Virus record (IMG/VR): IMGVR_UViG_3300030376_004602
Location: 19,268 to 83,267 of that record
Direction: 5' to 3' (one strand)
Length of the DNA: 64,000 bases
From: a virus
Taxonomy: Duplodnaviria > Caudoviricetes
The notes beneath the pieces were generated by a model. That model saw nothing but the letters and a program-made list of their open reading frames with translations, searched no databases and had not been told where the DNA came from. The position numbers and the translations under genes were made by a program. Of the stretch, positions 43,957-50,654 are shown piece after piece. Numbering within the stretch: the first letter of the stretch is position 1; every line of letters begins with the position of its first letter.

Positions 43957-44433
43957 TTAAGCTGATGCCTTTTCTAAGAAAGGCTGTTCGACTTCCTGAT
44001 CATATGGAATGCCTTCGATATCAAACAATACCTTTAGTACTGCTTGAAGTCTTATCCATTGTGATTTATGTATAGGCATATGCTCATCAAGTTCCGGCTC
44101 TATAGCACTCTCAAAAGCAAACTCAATGCGAGCAAGTTCTTTAACAGAGTAACCTGTTGCTGCTACTGCACATAACCCCATATTATATAAATCCAGCTCA
44201 TACTGTAATTCCTCACAATCCGTCGGTTTATCATAAAAGGTTTGATGAGGACCACCTATATCATCTCGCAAGTCAGTGCAAAATATATACCTCCAATCAC
44301 TAGGTGCATTTGGATAACTTGAAGCTTCTACAAGATTCCCAACTGCACAAGCATCACAGTTCCCTGCTTTTAGTGTTTCTGTAAGGTATGCTCTTTGCAA
44401 TACCTCAATACTTTTCTTTAGCCTACTATTCAT
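43957..44433 (-). CDS. Hypothetical Cys-containing protein (start moved to MNSRL)
   Basis: GNCDACAVGNL motif. The TTG start at 44499 would read through a hairpin. Confidence 0.65.
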   Translation of the reverse strand: MNSRLKKSIEVLQRAYLTETLKAGNCDACAVGNLVEASSYPNAPSDWRYIFCTDLRDDIGGPHQTFYDKPTDCEELQYELDLYNMGLCAVAATGYSVKELARIEFAFESAIEPELDEHMPIHKSQWIRLQAVLKVLFDIEGIPYDQEVEQPFLEKASA

Positions 44434-44453
44434 AATGTAATAATATAAAATAC

Positions 44454-44476
44454 GAGGACACTTAGTGGTAGTCCTC
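44454..44476 (-). promoter_or_regulatory. Conserved-loop hairpin 2
   Basis: On the - strand GAGGAC-TACCACTAAGT-GTCCTC. Confidence 0.6.
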
Positions 44477-44488
44477 CTCACCATTAGT

Positions 44489-44656
44489 TTAATCTTCAAC
44501 TACACCAATAGTAATAAAGAACATAGGAGATTCCTCCCCATATTTTTCTTTTTCAGATGCAATTTTATTTACAGCTCCCTCCATTGTTTTATGGTAAGAG
44601 AGTATAGCAGAATCATCATCATAATGATACTGACTATGGGCAATGTATAGTTCCAT
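44489..44656 (-). CDS. Small hypothetical protein (55 aa, MELYIAHSQY...)
   Basis: ATG to TAA ORF with a T/A-rich leader. Not in the ORF track. Confidence 0.55.
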   Translation of the reverse strand: MELYIAHSQYHYDDDSAILSYHKTMEGAVNKIASEKEKYGEESPMFFITIGVVED

Positions 44657-44674
44657 ATCTTTTATGTTTTAGTG

Positions 44675-44803
44675 TTAATTAAATCGTGCTAGATATCTAT
44701 ACATCCAGTCAATTCCAGCATCTCTACCCTCATGGTCTTGCACAGCCCATATAATATCCTGTGCATCCTCAAGAGGTATAGTATACTCAATAGCCTCAAA
44801 CAT
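44675..44803 (-). CDS. Small hypothetical protein (42 aa, MFEAIEYTIP...)
   Basis: TAATG-coupled to the upstream gene. Confidence 0.55.
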   Translation of the reverse strand: MFEAIEYTIPLEDAQDIIWAVQDHEGRDAGIDWMYRYLARFN

Positions 44804-45138
44804 TAATTCTTCCATATCTTAAGTTTTTGTATTGCTTCCATAATAAGAGTTACTTGTTCTGCACTACAACGATGCGCTGAATGACCGTATATCTCGAAAG
44901 TTGTAGGATGACATATTTCGTCCAGCCTTACGTCAGTACCGTCAATACTCAATCCACCAACGTTGTTACAGTTATCAAAAAAGGAAACTGTATAAGAGTC
45001 GAAGAAACCATCATCGCTGACAGAAACAGCCCTTTCATTGTCAAACTTAAGATAAGCTGAGGTTACTACTTTCTCACATTCGTCAATATAATCATTGACT
45101 ACATGAGGTATGAATGTTAAGTCGTCAAACGTTTTCAT
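44803..45138 (-). CDS. Hypothetical protein (111 aa, MKTFDDLTF...)
   Basis: Intact ORF. Confidence 0.7.
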   Translation of the reverse strand: MKTFDDLTFIPHVVNDYIDECEKVVTSAYLKFDNERAVSVSDDGFFDSYTVSFFDNCNNVGGLSIDGTDVRLDEICHPTTFEIYGHSAHRCSAEQVTLIMEAIQKLKIWKN

Positions 45139-45168
45139 ATGCTTTAGTATTGGTTAGTAATGTTAAAA

Positions 45169-45289
45169 ATATTTACTTATCTATCATATCTCTTTGGTAG
45201 CGAACCGTTTCTGCAGTCGAAACAAGATACCTTGCACTCTAGAATACTGGGGATCCACTCGTTGGCTTCCTCCCACGATAAGTAAATAT
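45169..45289 (-). ncRNA. Structured RNA candidate A
   Basis: Perfect 13-bp closing stem (45169-45181/45277-45289) around 95 nt containing several hairpins. Confidence 0.55.
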
Positions 45290-45292
45290 AAG

Positions 45293-45403
45293 TTTGTAAT
45301 ATGTAAGCGCTGAGAGTTTTAAAGTTGTCTTACACACAGGTCACAGTATTTCCTATCTCCTTACCTTGTTCGAACCTCAGGTTACTGCTGCACTTATTAC
45401 AAA
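45293..45403 (-). ncRNA. Structured RNA candidate B
   Basis: 8-bp closing stem (45293-45300/45396-45403) extended by stems that need G-U pairs on the - strand. Confidence 0.45.
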
Positions 45404-45416
45404 TAATAAATAAAAA

Positions 45417-45522
45417 TACTTTCTTATATCTCCACAGCTATAATCACCACTAAGCGTTTGAGACCTCGCTGTTAGTTTTGGGTAGCATAGGTTTACTACT
45501 GCTTCAACGATATAAGAAAGTA
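45417..45522 (-). ncRNA. Structured RNA candidate C
   Basis: Perfect 14-bp closing stem (45417-45430/45509-45522) around 78 nt forming a three-way junction. Confidence 0.55.
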
Positions 45523-45528
45523 ATAGCC

Positions 45529-45720
45529 ACCTGGTACTAGTAGACAACTAGTCCAGGATTACAGTTCCTTGTCTTGGCACTGTTAAGCATTATTGTGCGG
45601 TCAACTATGCTGTACTTACACATAGCCTAGTGGTTAGCTTGACCCTTGTTACTACCTACAATAACCAACTGTAGTAGCCCCTGACTAGACTCGTCAGAGG
45701 TTTTTAACAACAAGCATCCT
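45529..45720 (-). ncRNA. Multi-branched structured RNA candidate D
   Basis: Stems CCTGG/CCAGG with ACTAGT/ACTAGT, ACAGT/ACTGT, GGTCAA/TTGACC, CTGAC/GTCAG and TGTTAA/TTAACA. No ORF of 60 aa or more. Confidence 0.45.
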
Positions 45721-45767
45721 CAGTTAAGGCTTAAGGCTGCTCAACTTTTGGTATATAGCTCGTTGTC

Positions 45768-45929
45768 TTAATGATGCAGATCTCGCTGGTTAACGGATGG
45801 AGATTTTTGCCGTAACTGCATCATATCTTCATAGCACTGTTGACAAGTATGAACTTCGTCACATGTGCACGTTAGCTCAGGAGATATCCTAGACATCTCC
45901 CAAGCAAATTGTGCATCTTCAAACATCAT
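45768..45929 (-). CDS. Small putative Zn-binding protein (CxC...CxxC)
   Basis: LTCTCDEVHTCQQCY. Start moved to the ATG 2 nt after the upstream stop. Confidence 0.55.
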   Translation of the reverse strand: MMFEDAQFAWEMSRISPELTCTCDEVHTCQQCYEDMMQLRQKSPSVNQRDLHH

Positions 45930-45931
45930 AC

Positions 45932-46186
45932 TTAATACATATTTGCCCAAGGACTATGGTACGTAACCTGGTCCTTGGTAGGATCAAACATTTCAAAGGT
46001 AGCTGTATTGTCATCCATCATACGATAAGATAACTTCAACAGTCTTACAGATGGAGTATGATAAGTATTAATACTTTCATACCCAGTACCACCAAATGTA
46101 GATACAATTACCCGCTTGTCTCCGTCAGGAACACAAGTCAGGTAATTGAATAAGGCACTACCTAAACGATATCTAAAGTTCTTCAT
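45932..46186 (-). CDS. Hypothetical protein (84 aa)
   Basis: Intact ORF. Confidence 0.65.
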   Translation of the reverse strand: MKNFRYRLGSALFNYLTCVPDGDKRVIVSTFGGTGYESINTYHTPSVRLLKLSYRMMDDNTATFEMFDPTKDQVTYHSPWANMY

Positions 46187-46299
46187 AGTACTAAGTAATT
46201 ATAAATGAATACTGCGGTATAACCAATCCCCATAACTAAGAGGAATACCATTAATGAATCAGAGCCATGTTGCTCTGCGTCTGTCTTTCTACGTTTCAT
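46183..46299 (-). CDS. Single-pass membrane microprotein (38 aa, MKRRKTDAEQHGSDSLMVFLLVMGIGYTAVFIYNYLVL)
   Basis: ATGA-coupled to the next gene, with a basic N-terminus and a hydrophobic helix. Confidence 0.55.
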   Translation of the reverse strand: MKRRKTDAEQHGSDSLMVFLLVMGIGYTAVFIYNYLVL

Positions 46300-46334
46300 A
46301 ACTTATTGTATTAAGAGGTAAAAGAATTAAGTTA

Positions 46335-46452
46335 ATGCCTAGACGTACGCCAGAACCGTGGTATCTCACGGACGGTTCCACACCAGCTATCGCCAATGCT
46401 TCAAAACCTCCCACGTATCCTGATGATCCGTTAACACGTACGTCTTCGGCAT
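46335..46452 (-). ncRNA. Structured RNA candidate E
   Basis: Closing stem ATGCC+AGACGTACG / CGTACGTCT+GGCAT (14 bp with an internal loop), inner CCGTG/CACGG stem and a G-U rich hairpin on the - strand. Confidence 0.55.
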
Positions 46453-46520
46453 GCTTTCCACTACAGCCATCACACTGTTTCTCTCATGGGTGGCCCACTA
46501 TCGGCTAATAACCGCATGTG

Positions 46521-46672
46521 TACTCTCACAAGGTTGCAACCCTTGAACTTATTAGCATTCCTGAAGCACTGTTCTAAGGATACACTAGATGAACTATGTA
46601 TCTTACTCCACTCAGAATTAACTCCTTGCTTAGGAAGCAGTCACCTTCCATTCCTGCAATCGGATGAGAGTA
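46521..46672 (-). ncRNA. Structured RNA candidate F, with an acceptor-stem/T-arm-like 3' end
   Basis: 8-bp stem TACTCTCA/TGAGAGTA directly adjacent to a 5-bp/7-nt hairpin, with nested inner stems. Confidence 0.5.
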
Positions 46673-46679
46673 TATAAAT

Positions 46680-46703
46680 GGGAGAGCTTACAGGTGCTCT
46701 CCC
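46680..46703 (-). terminator. 8-bp hairpin, terminator or processing site
   Basis: GGGAGAGC/GCTCTCCC followed by ATTTATAT on the - strand. Confidence 0.5.
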
Positions 46704-46719
46704 TTAACCTAAACGTTTA

Positions 46720-46999
46720 TACTCTGTTCAGGAGTACAAGACTTAAGCATTCTCGTTGAGAAGCCAATCTTGAATGGTCACACAACCATTAGATGAAATC
46801 ACAAATGTCTTCACGGTTAGAAGGATTTAGTGATGATCTGTCTGTTGATGGTCATAGACAGAAAGAACCATATATAAAGATAGCTCACGTATTAGATGAG
46901 CTTAGAACACAGGATAATATGCAGGTTAGGGATTGGTCCCATAACCTACATAGTCAGAGTATATATTACATAAGATGACAGTGAACCCTCTTGCGAGGG
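46720..46999 (-). other. Non-coding run of hairpins
   Basis: TACTC/GAGTA, TTCTC/GAGAA, AATGGT/ACCATT, CTGTCT/AGACAG, AGCTCA/TGAGCT, AGGTTA/TAACCT and CCCTC-GCAA-GAGGG (GNRA loop on the - strand). Confidence 0.45.
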
Positions 47000-47014
47000 C
47001 CCGAGGAGAGAAGC

Positions 47015-47335
47015 TTAGGCTTCTTCTCCGTCGGTGAGGTCTGCAGGAACATAGGCAACGAAGGTGTCCATGTCCGAGTCATGACCGAACTCGAGGTCCT
47101 TAAGGGACATACCTGGCTCGACCGAAGGTCCAGCCGGAGTTGTCACGTAAGTACCGTCGGCGAGCGTCCAAATGCAGAATGCATTGTCAGCGTCTTCAGA
47201 CTGCGAAGTCTTAATACGCTTGACGCTCTGTCCGGTGAGCTCTTCAACAACGGCTTTAGCCTGTTGATAGGTCAACACGGTTTCGTAGAAATCGTTGTTG
47301 TTACCGGACTTAGGAGTAAAAGATAAATTAGACAT
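47015..47335 (-). CDS. Acidic hypothetical protein (106 aa) with elevated GC
   Basis: Intact ORF with an AT-rich leader and a GNRA hairpin after the stop. Confidence 0.75.
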   Translation of the reverse strand: MSNLSFTPKSGNNNDFYETVLTYQQAKAVVEELTGQSVKRIKTSQSEDADNAFCIWTLADGTYVTTPAGPSVEPGMSLKDLEFGHDSDMDTFVAYVPADLTDGEEA

Positions 47336-47373
47336 AATTTAGATTTTAATTTAGTGAATGAAATGAACTAATA

Positions 47374-47410
47374 AGATTAGAGGGGGGACGTAGTCCCAAC
47401 TCTCTAATCT
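47374..47410 (-). other. Long hairpin upstream of the 106-aa gene
   Basis: AGATTAGAG/CTCTAATCT plus GGGAC/GTCCC. Confidence 0.5.
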
Positions 47411-47480
47411 AGGGAAGGGTCAGCTTTAGGGAGTCCCAGCCTCTCCTCCCACAGAAGTTTAAAACATTAACAGGGGGGAT

Positions 47481-47511
47481 AAAGAAAAAGCCCTGCATTA
47501 AAACACAGGGC
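47481..47511 (-). terminator. Intrinsic terminator
   Basis: On the - strand GCCCTG-10 nt-CAGGGC-TTTTTCTTT. Confidence 0.7.
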
Positions 47512-47635
47512 CTATCTAACCAAAACAAAAAAAATTATGAAAACCTGATCACATCAGAGGTAGCTAAAAAAAGTAACCAAAAAAAAGTAGTACCGTTTAG
47601 TTGAGTTACTGTAGCTACGATGTCAATCAGTAGCG

Positions 47636-47666
47636 CAAAGCTACGGAATTATTTTCATGAAGTCAA
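47636..47666 (-). promoter_or_regulatory. Full Bacteroidota sigmaA-type promoter
   Basis: TTG (47666-47664), 20-nt spacer, TAGCTTTG (47643-47636). Confidence 0.7.
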
Positions 47667-47680
47667 TACCTATATTGTTA

Positions 47681-47708
47681 AAAGCAACTAAGACCAGTCT
47701 CCTGGTCT
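47681..47708 (-). terminator. GNRA-loop hairpin ending the exonuclease operon
   Basis: On the - strand AGACCAG-GAGA-CTGGTCT followed by TAGTTGCTTT. Confidence 0.55.
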
Positions 47709-47737
47709 CAGTTAGTAGATAGATACCTCCTTTTTCT

Positions 47738-48004
47738 TTACGACTTTGTAGAATACAACCTTTTTACAAGGTCGCCTAAGTAGTGCTCATCCAGTAGGCC
47801 GTTAATCTTGTCACGAATATCTTCGCTAGTAGCACCATGCAGTCCTTCGTCTTCTAAATCCTTAGTCCACTCAAGCAGCTCAGCTAGAACTAAGACAAGG
47901 TGTGGACCATGGACACTGCATAAGTATTCGAACTCTTCTTCTGGTAGAGGGTAGACTATGAGACCTCGAGTCTCTTCTCCTAATGGATGTCTCATTTCTG
48001 ACAT
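47738..48004 (-). CDS. Acidic hypothetical protein (88 aa)
   Basis: Intact ORF. Confidence 0.6.
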   Translation of the reverse strand: MSEMRHPLGEETRGLIVYPLPEEEFEYLCSVHGPHLVLVLAELLEWTKDLEDEGLHGATSEDIRDKINGLLDEHYLGDLVKRLYSTKS

Positions 48005-48060
48005 ATTATAAAGATACGAATGATTAAAGCTGATTGCTAATCTAATTCAGCGTAAAAAAA

Positions 48061-48819
48061 CTAGCAGTTATTCTTCATCCTGTATTCTAGATACTTAGAG
48101 TATACTTTAGTAGAGATTCTGTAGCACTTCTTACAGGACTTACACTGCATCTTCTGAGATTCAGTCCCTGCTCGTGTAACATCAGTGCCGTTACGTATGA
48201 CTGTCATGCCTCCACAGTGTGGACATGACCACTTTGGGCCTCCGTTAACTACACCTACATGTGTTTTTTCAGGAACAACCTTTACTATCTTCTCGTATAT
48301 CTGCTGTAATAAGACGACATCCTGTTCGCAGTAGTCAATCATTTCGTTCATACGGCTAGCATCTCCGAATACAATGTTCTGCCATAGGTCTCCGTCTACT
48401 TTTATCTTCTCTCCTAAACCAAAATACCGACCAATATCAGTTAGTCTGTTAGATGGCAGTCTCAGGTTAGATCGGACGGACTTTAGTGTATCGAGAGTTC
48501 TCCAGCGGGGTACACTTTCAATGCCATGGTAAAGTGCTCTTGTTCTGACCCAGGGTATATCGAAGCGATCTCCGTTATGTCCTACAATCTCGTTAGCTTT
48601 ATTCATTATCTTAACGAACTCCTTGATCAGTTTCTTATCGTCTTTCTTTCTACCCCAGTCTAGTGTAGATACTTTGTCTTCATCTTGCCACTTGTACGAT
48701 ATACATATAATTTTTGCATCTTCTATTACATTATTGTAGCTTAATCGGGTTTTATAACCTGGACGCCAAAACCAACCTATGCAAGGGCTAGTCTCAATGT
48801 CAAAAAATAATCGTTTCAT
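48061..48819 (-). CDS. DnaQ/RNase H-like (DEDDy) exonuclease with C-terminal Zn ribbon
   Basis: FFDIETS, GHNGDRFD, DTLK, YCEQDV and CPHC...CKSC. Start moved to MKRLFF. Confidence 0.85.
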   Translation of the reverse strand: MKRLFFDIETSPCIGWFWRPGYKTRLSYNNVIEDAKIICISYKWQDEDKVSTLDWGRKKDDKKLIKEFVKIMNKANEIVGHNGDRFDIPWVRTRALYHGIESVPRWRTLDTLKSVRSNLRLPSNRLTDIGRYFGLGEKIKVDGDLWQNIVFGDASRMNEMIDYCEQDVVLLQQIYEKIVKVVPEKTHVGVVNGGPKWSCPHCGGMTVIRNGTDVTRAGTESQKMQCKSCKKCYRISTKVYSKYLEYRMKNNC

Positions 48820-48951
48820 ATAAAAGTATGTTAGTAGTTCTTCCAGGTAAAGATACAATAGTATTTAAAGTAGTCTCAGACGACTTACTAGAGCTATTAG
48901 TATTTGCAGAAGAGGTTGAGTTTTGTTTTGAATGGATCGCAAACATTGACA

Positions 48952-48959
48952 CAAAGCTA
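48952..48959 (-). promoter_or_regulatory. Bacteroidota -7 element TAGCTTTG (leftward)
   Basis: Exact match in the divergent intergenic region. No -33 at the expected spacing. Confidence 0.5.
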
Positions 48960-48979
48960 GGTATAAATTTTCACACGAC

Positions 48980-49011
48980 TTGTTATGTACAAGAAGAAAT
49001 GTATATCTTTG
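48980..49011 (+). promoter_or_regulatory. Bacteroidota sigmaA-type promoter for the packaging/capsid operon
   Basis: TTG (48980-48982), 21-nt spacer, TATCTTTG (49004-49011), 22 nt before the ATG. Confidence 0.7.
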
Positions 49012-49033
49012 TACTTGAAACAGAGCTAGAGTA

Positions 49034-49564
49034 ATGAGATACCCATTAAGAGTTCCTACCTCTAAGGACAAGATTTACAATCAATTTTTACGGATAGTAA
49101 ACTTTCTTGTCTATGAGAAGGACACAGAAGGTGATGTACAGAGATCCCCTCTTACAAACAAAGAGCTGGATGTCCTGGCCTCCATGATGTATTATAATGA
49201 TAGATACAGAAACCTTCCGCCAGTAGAAAGAGCAGAGTATATAATGTCGTCAGACATACGGAAGAGGATTAGGGTCAAACTGGACATCAAAGCAAACCAT
49301 CTTAATAACGTTATATCCCGTCTCAAGACTAAGTACTACATGGGAGCCCCTATTCTAGACGACGGTAAGTTGTGCCAGTCCCTTAACATATATCTAGATA
49401 ATGATACTACAATAGAATTTAGCCTCTCATATGAAGAACCTACCCCAAAGCCAGATAGACCTGCTGAAGAACCTAGCAGAAAAGTACAACTTAAAGTACG
49501 AAAAAGTGAGGGAGCTCCTAGGACAGGTGGGGATGTGGTCAAGCCGTTCAATCTCGACGATTAA
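49034..49564 (+). CDS. Hypothetical protein, first gene of the rightward operon
   Basis: Intact ORF after the promoter. Its tail overlaps the next gene. Confidence 0.7.
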   Translation: MRYPLRVPTSKDKIYNQFLRIVNFLVYEKDTEGDVQRSPLTNKELDVLASMMYYNDRYRNLPPVERAEYIMSSDIRKRIRVKLDIKANHLNNVISRLKTKYYMGAPILDDGKLCQSLNIYLDNDTTIEFSLSYEEPTPKPDRPAEEPSRKVQLKVRKSEGAPRTGGDVVKPFNLDD

Positions 49565-49709
49565 GAAAGCAGAAGACAAGCTATACGATCCAGAATCAGC
49601 TTCTACCATTCATATAACTAGATTCGGTAAGCTGATTCCTGACAAAGCTAGAATGAATAAAGTGCGTGAGTACGTAACAAGAACAAAGAATGCTAAGCAA
49701 AAGGACTGA
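49431..49709 (+). CDS. IHF/HU-like DNA-binding protein
   Basis: Short basic protein with LAEKYNL helices and IHITRFGKL (VxIxGFGxF-like). crAss-like phages carry such genes near terL. Confidence 0.55.
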   Translation: MKNLPQSQIDLLKNLAEKYNLKYEKVRELLGQVGMWSSRSISTIKKAEDKLYDPESASTIHITRFGKLIPDKARMNKVREYVTRTKNAKQKD

Positions 49710-50205
49710 GGTATTTGATGTAGACAAAAATTACTGGGAGATCTTTCCAGAGATGCGTCAACATCCATTGTTTTCTAAATACTATAAAGAAGACAAGGCA
49801 AAGACTAAGAGTAAGTCGTCTAAAATTATGTGGGCACTGCATTTAGTTTGCCACCCTAAGTCTATGATGTACCATGATCCTAATAAACTAGACAATGTAA
49901 AAGGATTACTGCCTAAGACCTGGGACTGGGGACTTAAATCTACAGTAGTAGACTTAGAAGAGTACAAAAATGTAATGCTTACAGAGGCTCAACGTGCACT
50001 AGTAGACTGGGATGACATGATCCGTAAGCGTTCGGCGTACCTTAAACAACAAGACTATAATCTAGAAACGGGTAACGATCTAGATAAGTTACACAAGAAC
50101 ACATATTCTATTTATAAAGACTATCAGAAAGTGTGTGACGAATTACAAACAGAAGAAAACTCTAATTTACAAAACCTAAGCCTGTCAGAGTCAGGCGAAA
50201 TATAA
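49690..50205 (+). CDS. Conserved protein upstream of terL (small-terminase candidate)
   Basis: Helical protein. The call rests on position only. Confidence 0.5.
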   Translation: MLSKRTEVFDVDKNYWEIFPEMRQHPLFSKYYKEDKAKTKSKSSKIMWALHLVCHPKSMMYHDPNKLDNVKGLLPKTWDWGLKSTVVDLEEYKNVMLTEAQRALVDWDDMIRKRSAYLKQQDYNLETGNDLDKLHKNTYSIYKDYQKVCDELQTEENSNLQNLSLSESGEI

Positions 50206-50210
50206 AAGCT

Positions 50211-50654
50211 ATGAGCAATCCAAATCATCAGAGTCATCAGTTGACTCTACAGAAAATCAACAACAACAAGCAAGAGTCTGAAAAAAACTTTCAGCTTGTA
50301 TTTAGTTCTTTACAGATGCTGAACCAACAGTTCCAAGCAATGGAGAACTTATTCTTACTTACTCTTAACCAACTGGACATTCCAGGAGATAGTGAGATTA
50401 AATACTCACAAGAAGACTTTGAGAACAAATACGGTCATCTTATTGGAGAGTACTTTATAGAGAAAGAAACAGGTACATTCTTTAAGATTGACCTTATTCT
50501 TAAAGACTGGGACTTGACTAGTAATGACGACAAGACTTGGAAGTTCTCTCACCCAAGCCTAGGCGAAAAGATTATCGTAGCAGACGACGAGTATGCGGCA
50601 TATGATAAGCTTGTAAATGAGATTCGTAACCCACTAGTTCCTGTAGAAGATTAA
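50211..50654 (+). CDS. Hypothetical protein (147 aa)
   Basis: Intact ORF coupled to terL. Confidence 0.65.
   Translation: MSNPNHQSHQLTLQKINNNKQESEKNFQLVFSSLQMLNQQFQAMENLFLLTLNQLDIPGDSEIKYSQEDFENKYGHLIGEYFIEKETGTFFKIDLILKDWDLTSNDDKTWKFSHPSLGEKIIVADDEYAAYDKLVNEIRNPLVPVED

Noticed and set aside
44530-44539. GGGGAGGAAT on the - strand matching 41531-41540
   Set aside because: At 44530 it encodes G-E-E within the 55-aa ORF, so the match is probably coincidental.
45368-45376. GGTTCGAAC on the - strand resembling a tRNA T-loop
   Set aside because: The flanks cannot form a T-stem and there is no acceptor, D or anticodon arm. No canonical tRNA gene was recognised in the window.
46420-46426. CTGATGA hammerhead-like core on the + strand
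   Set aside because: No GAAA after a stem II, and wobble pairs indicate the - strand is the structured one.
45140-47010. CRISPR or mini-array reading of the non-coding blocks
   Set aside because: No direct repeats with regular spacers. The regularity comes from inverted repeats that differ between units. No cas genes.
46486-47326. + strand ORFs 46486-46677, 46793-46978 and 46991-47326
   Set aside because: They run against local gene direction over hairpin-dense DNA or antisense to the 106-aa gene, with no promoter and no motif.
48828-49071. 68-aa ORFs on both strands of the divergent intergenic region
   Set aside because: They overlap the two divergent promoter elements and show no coding features.
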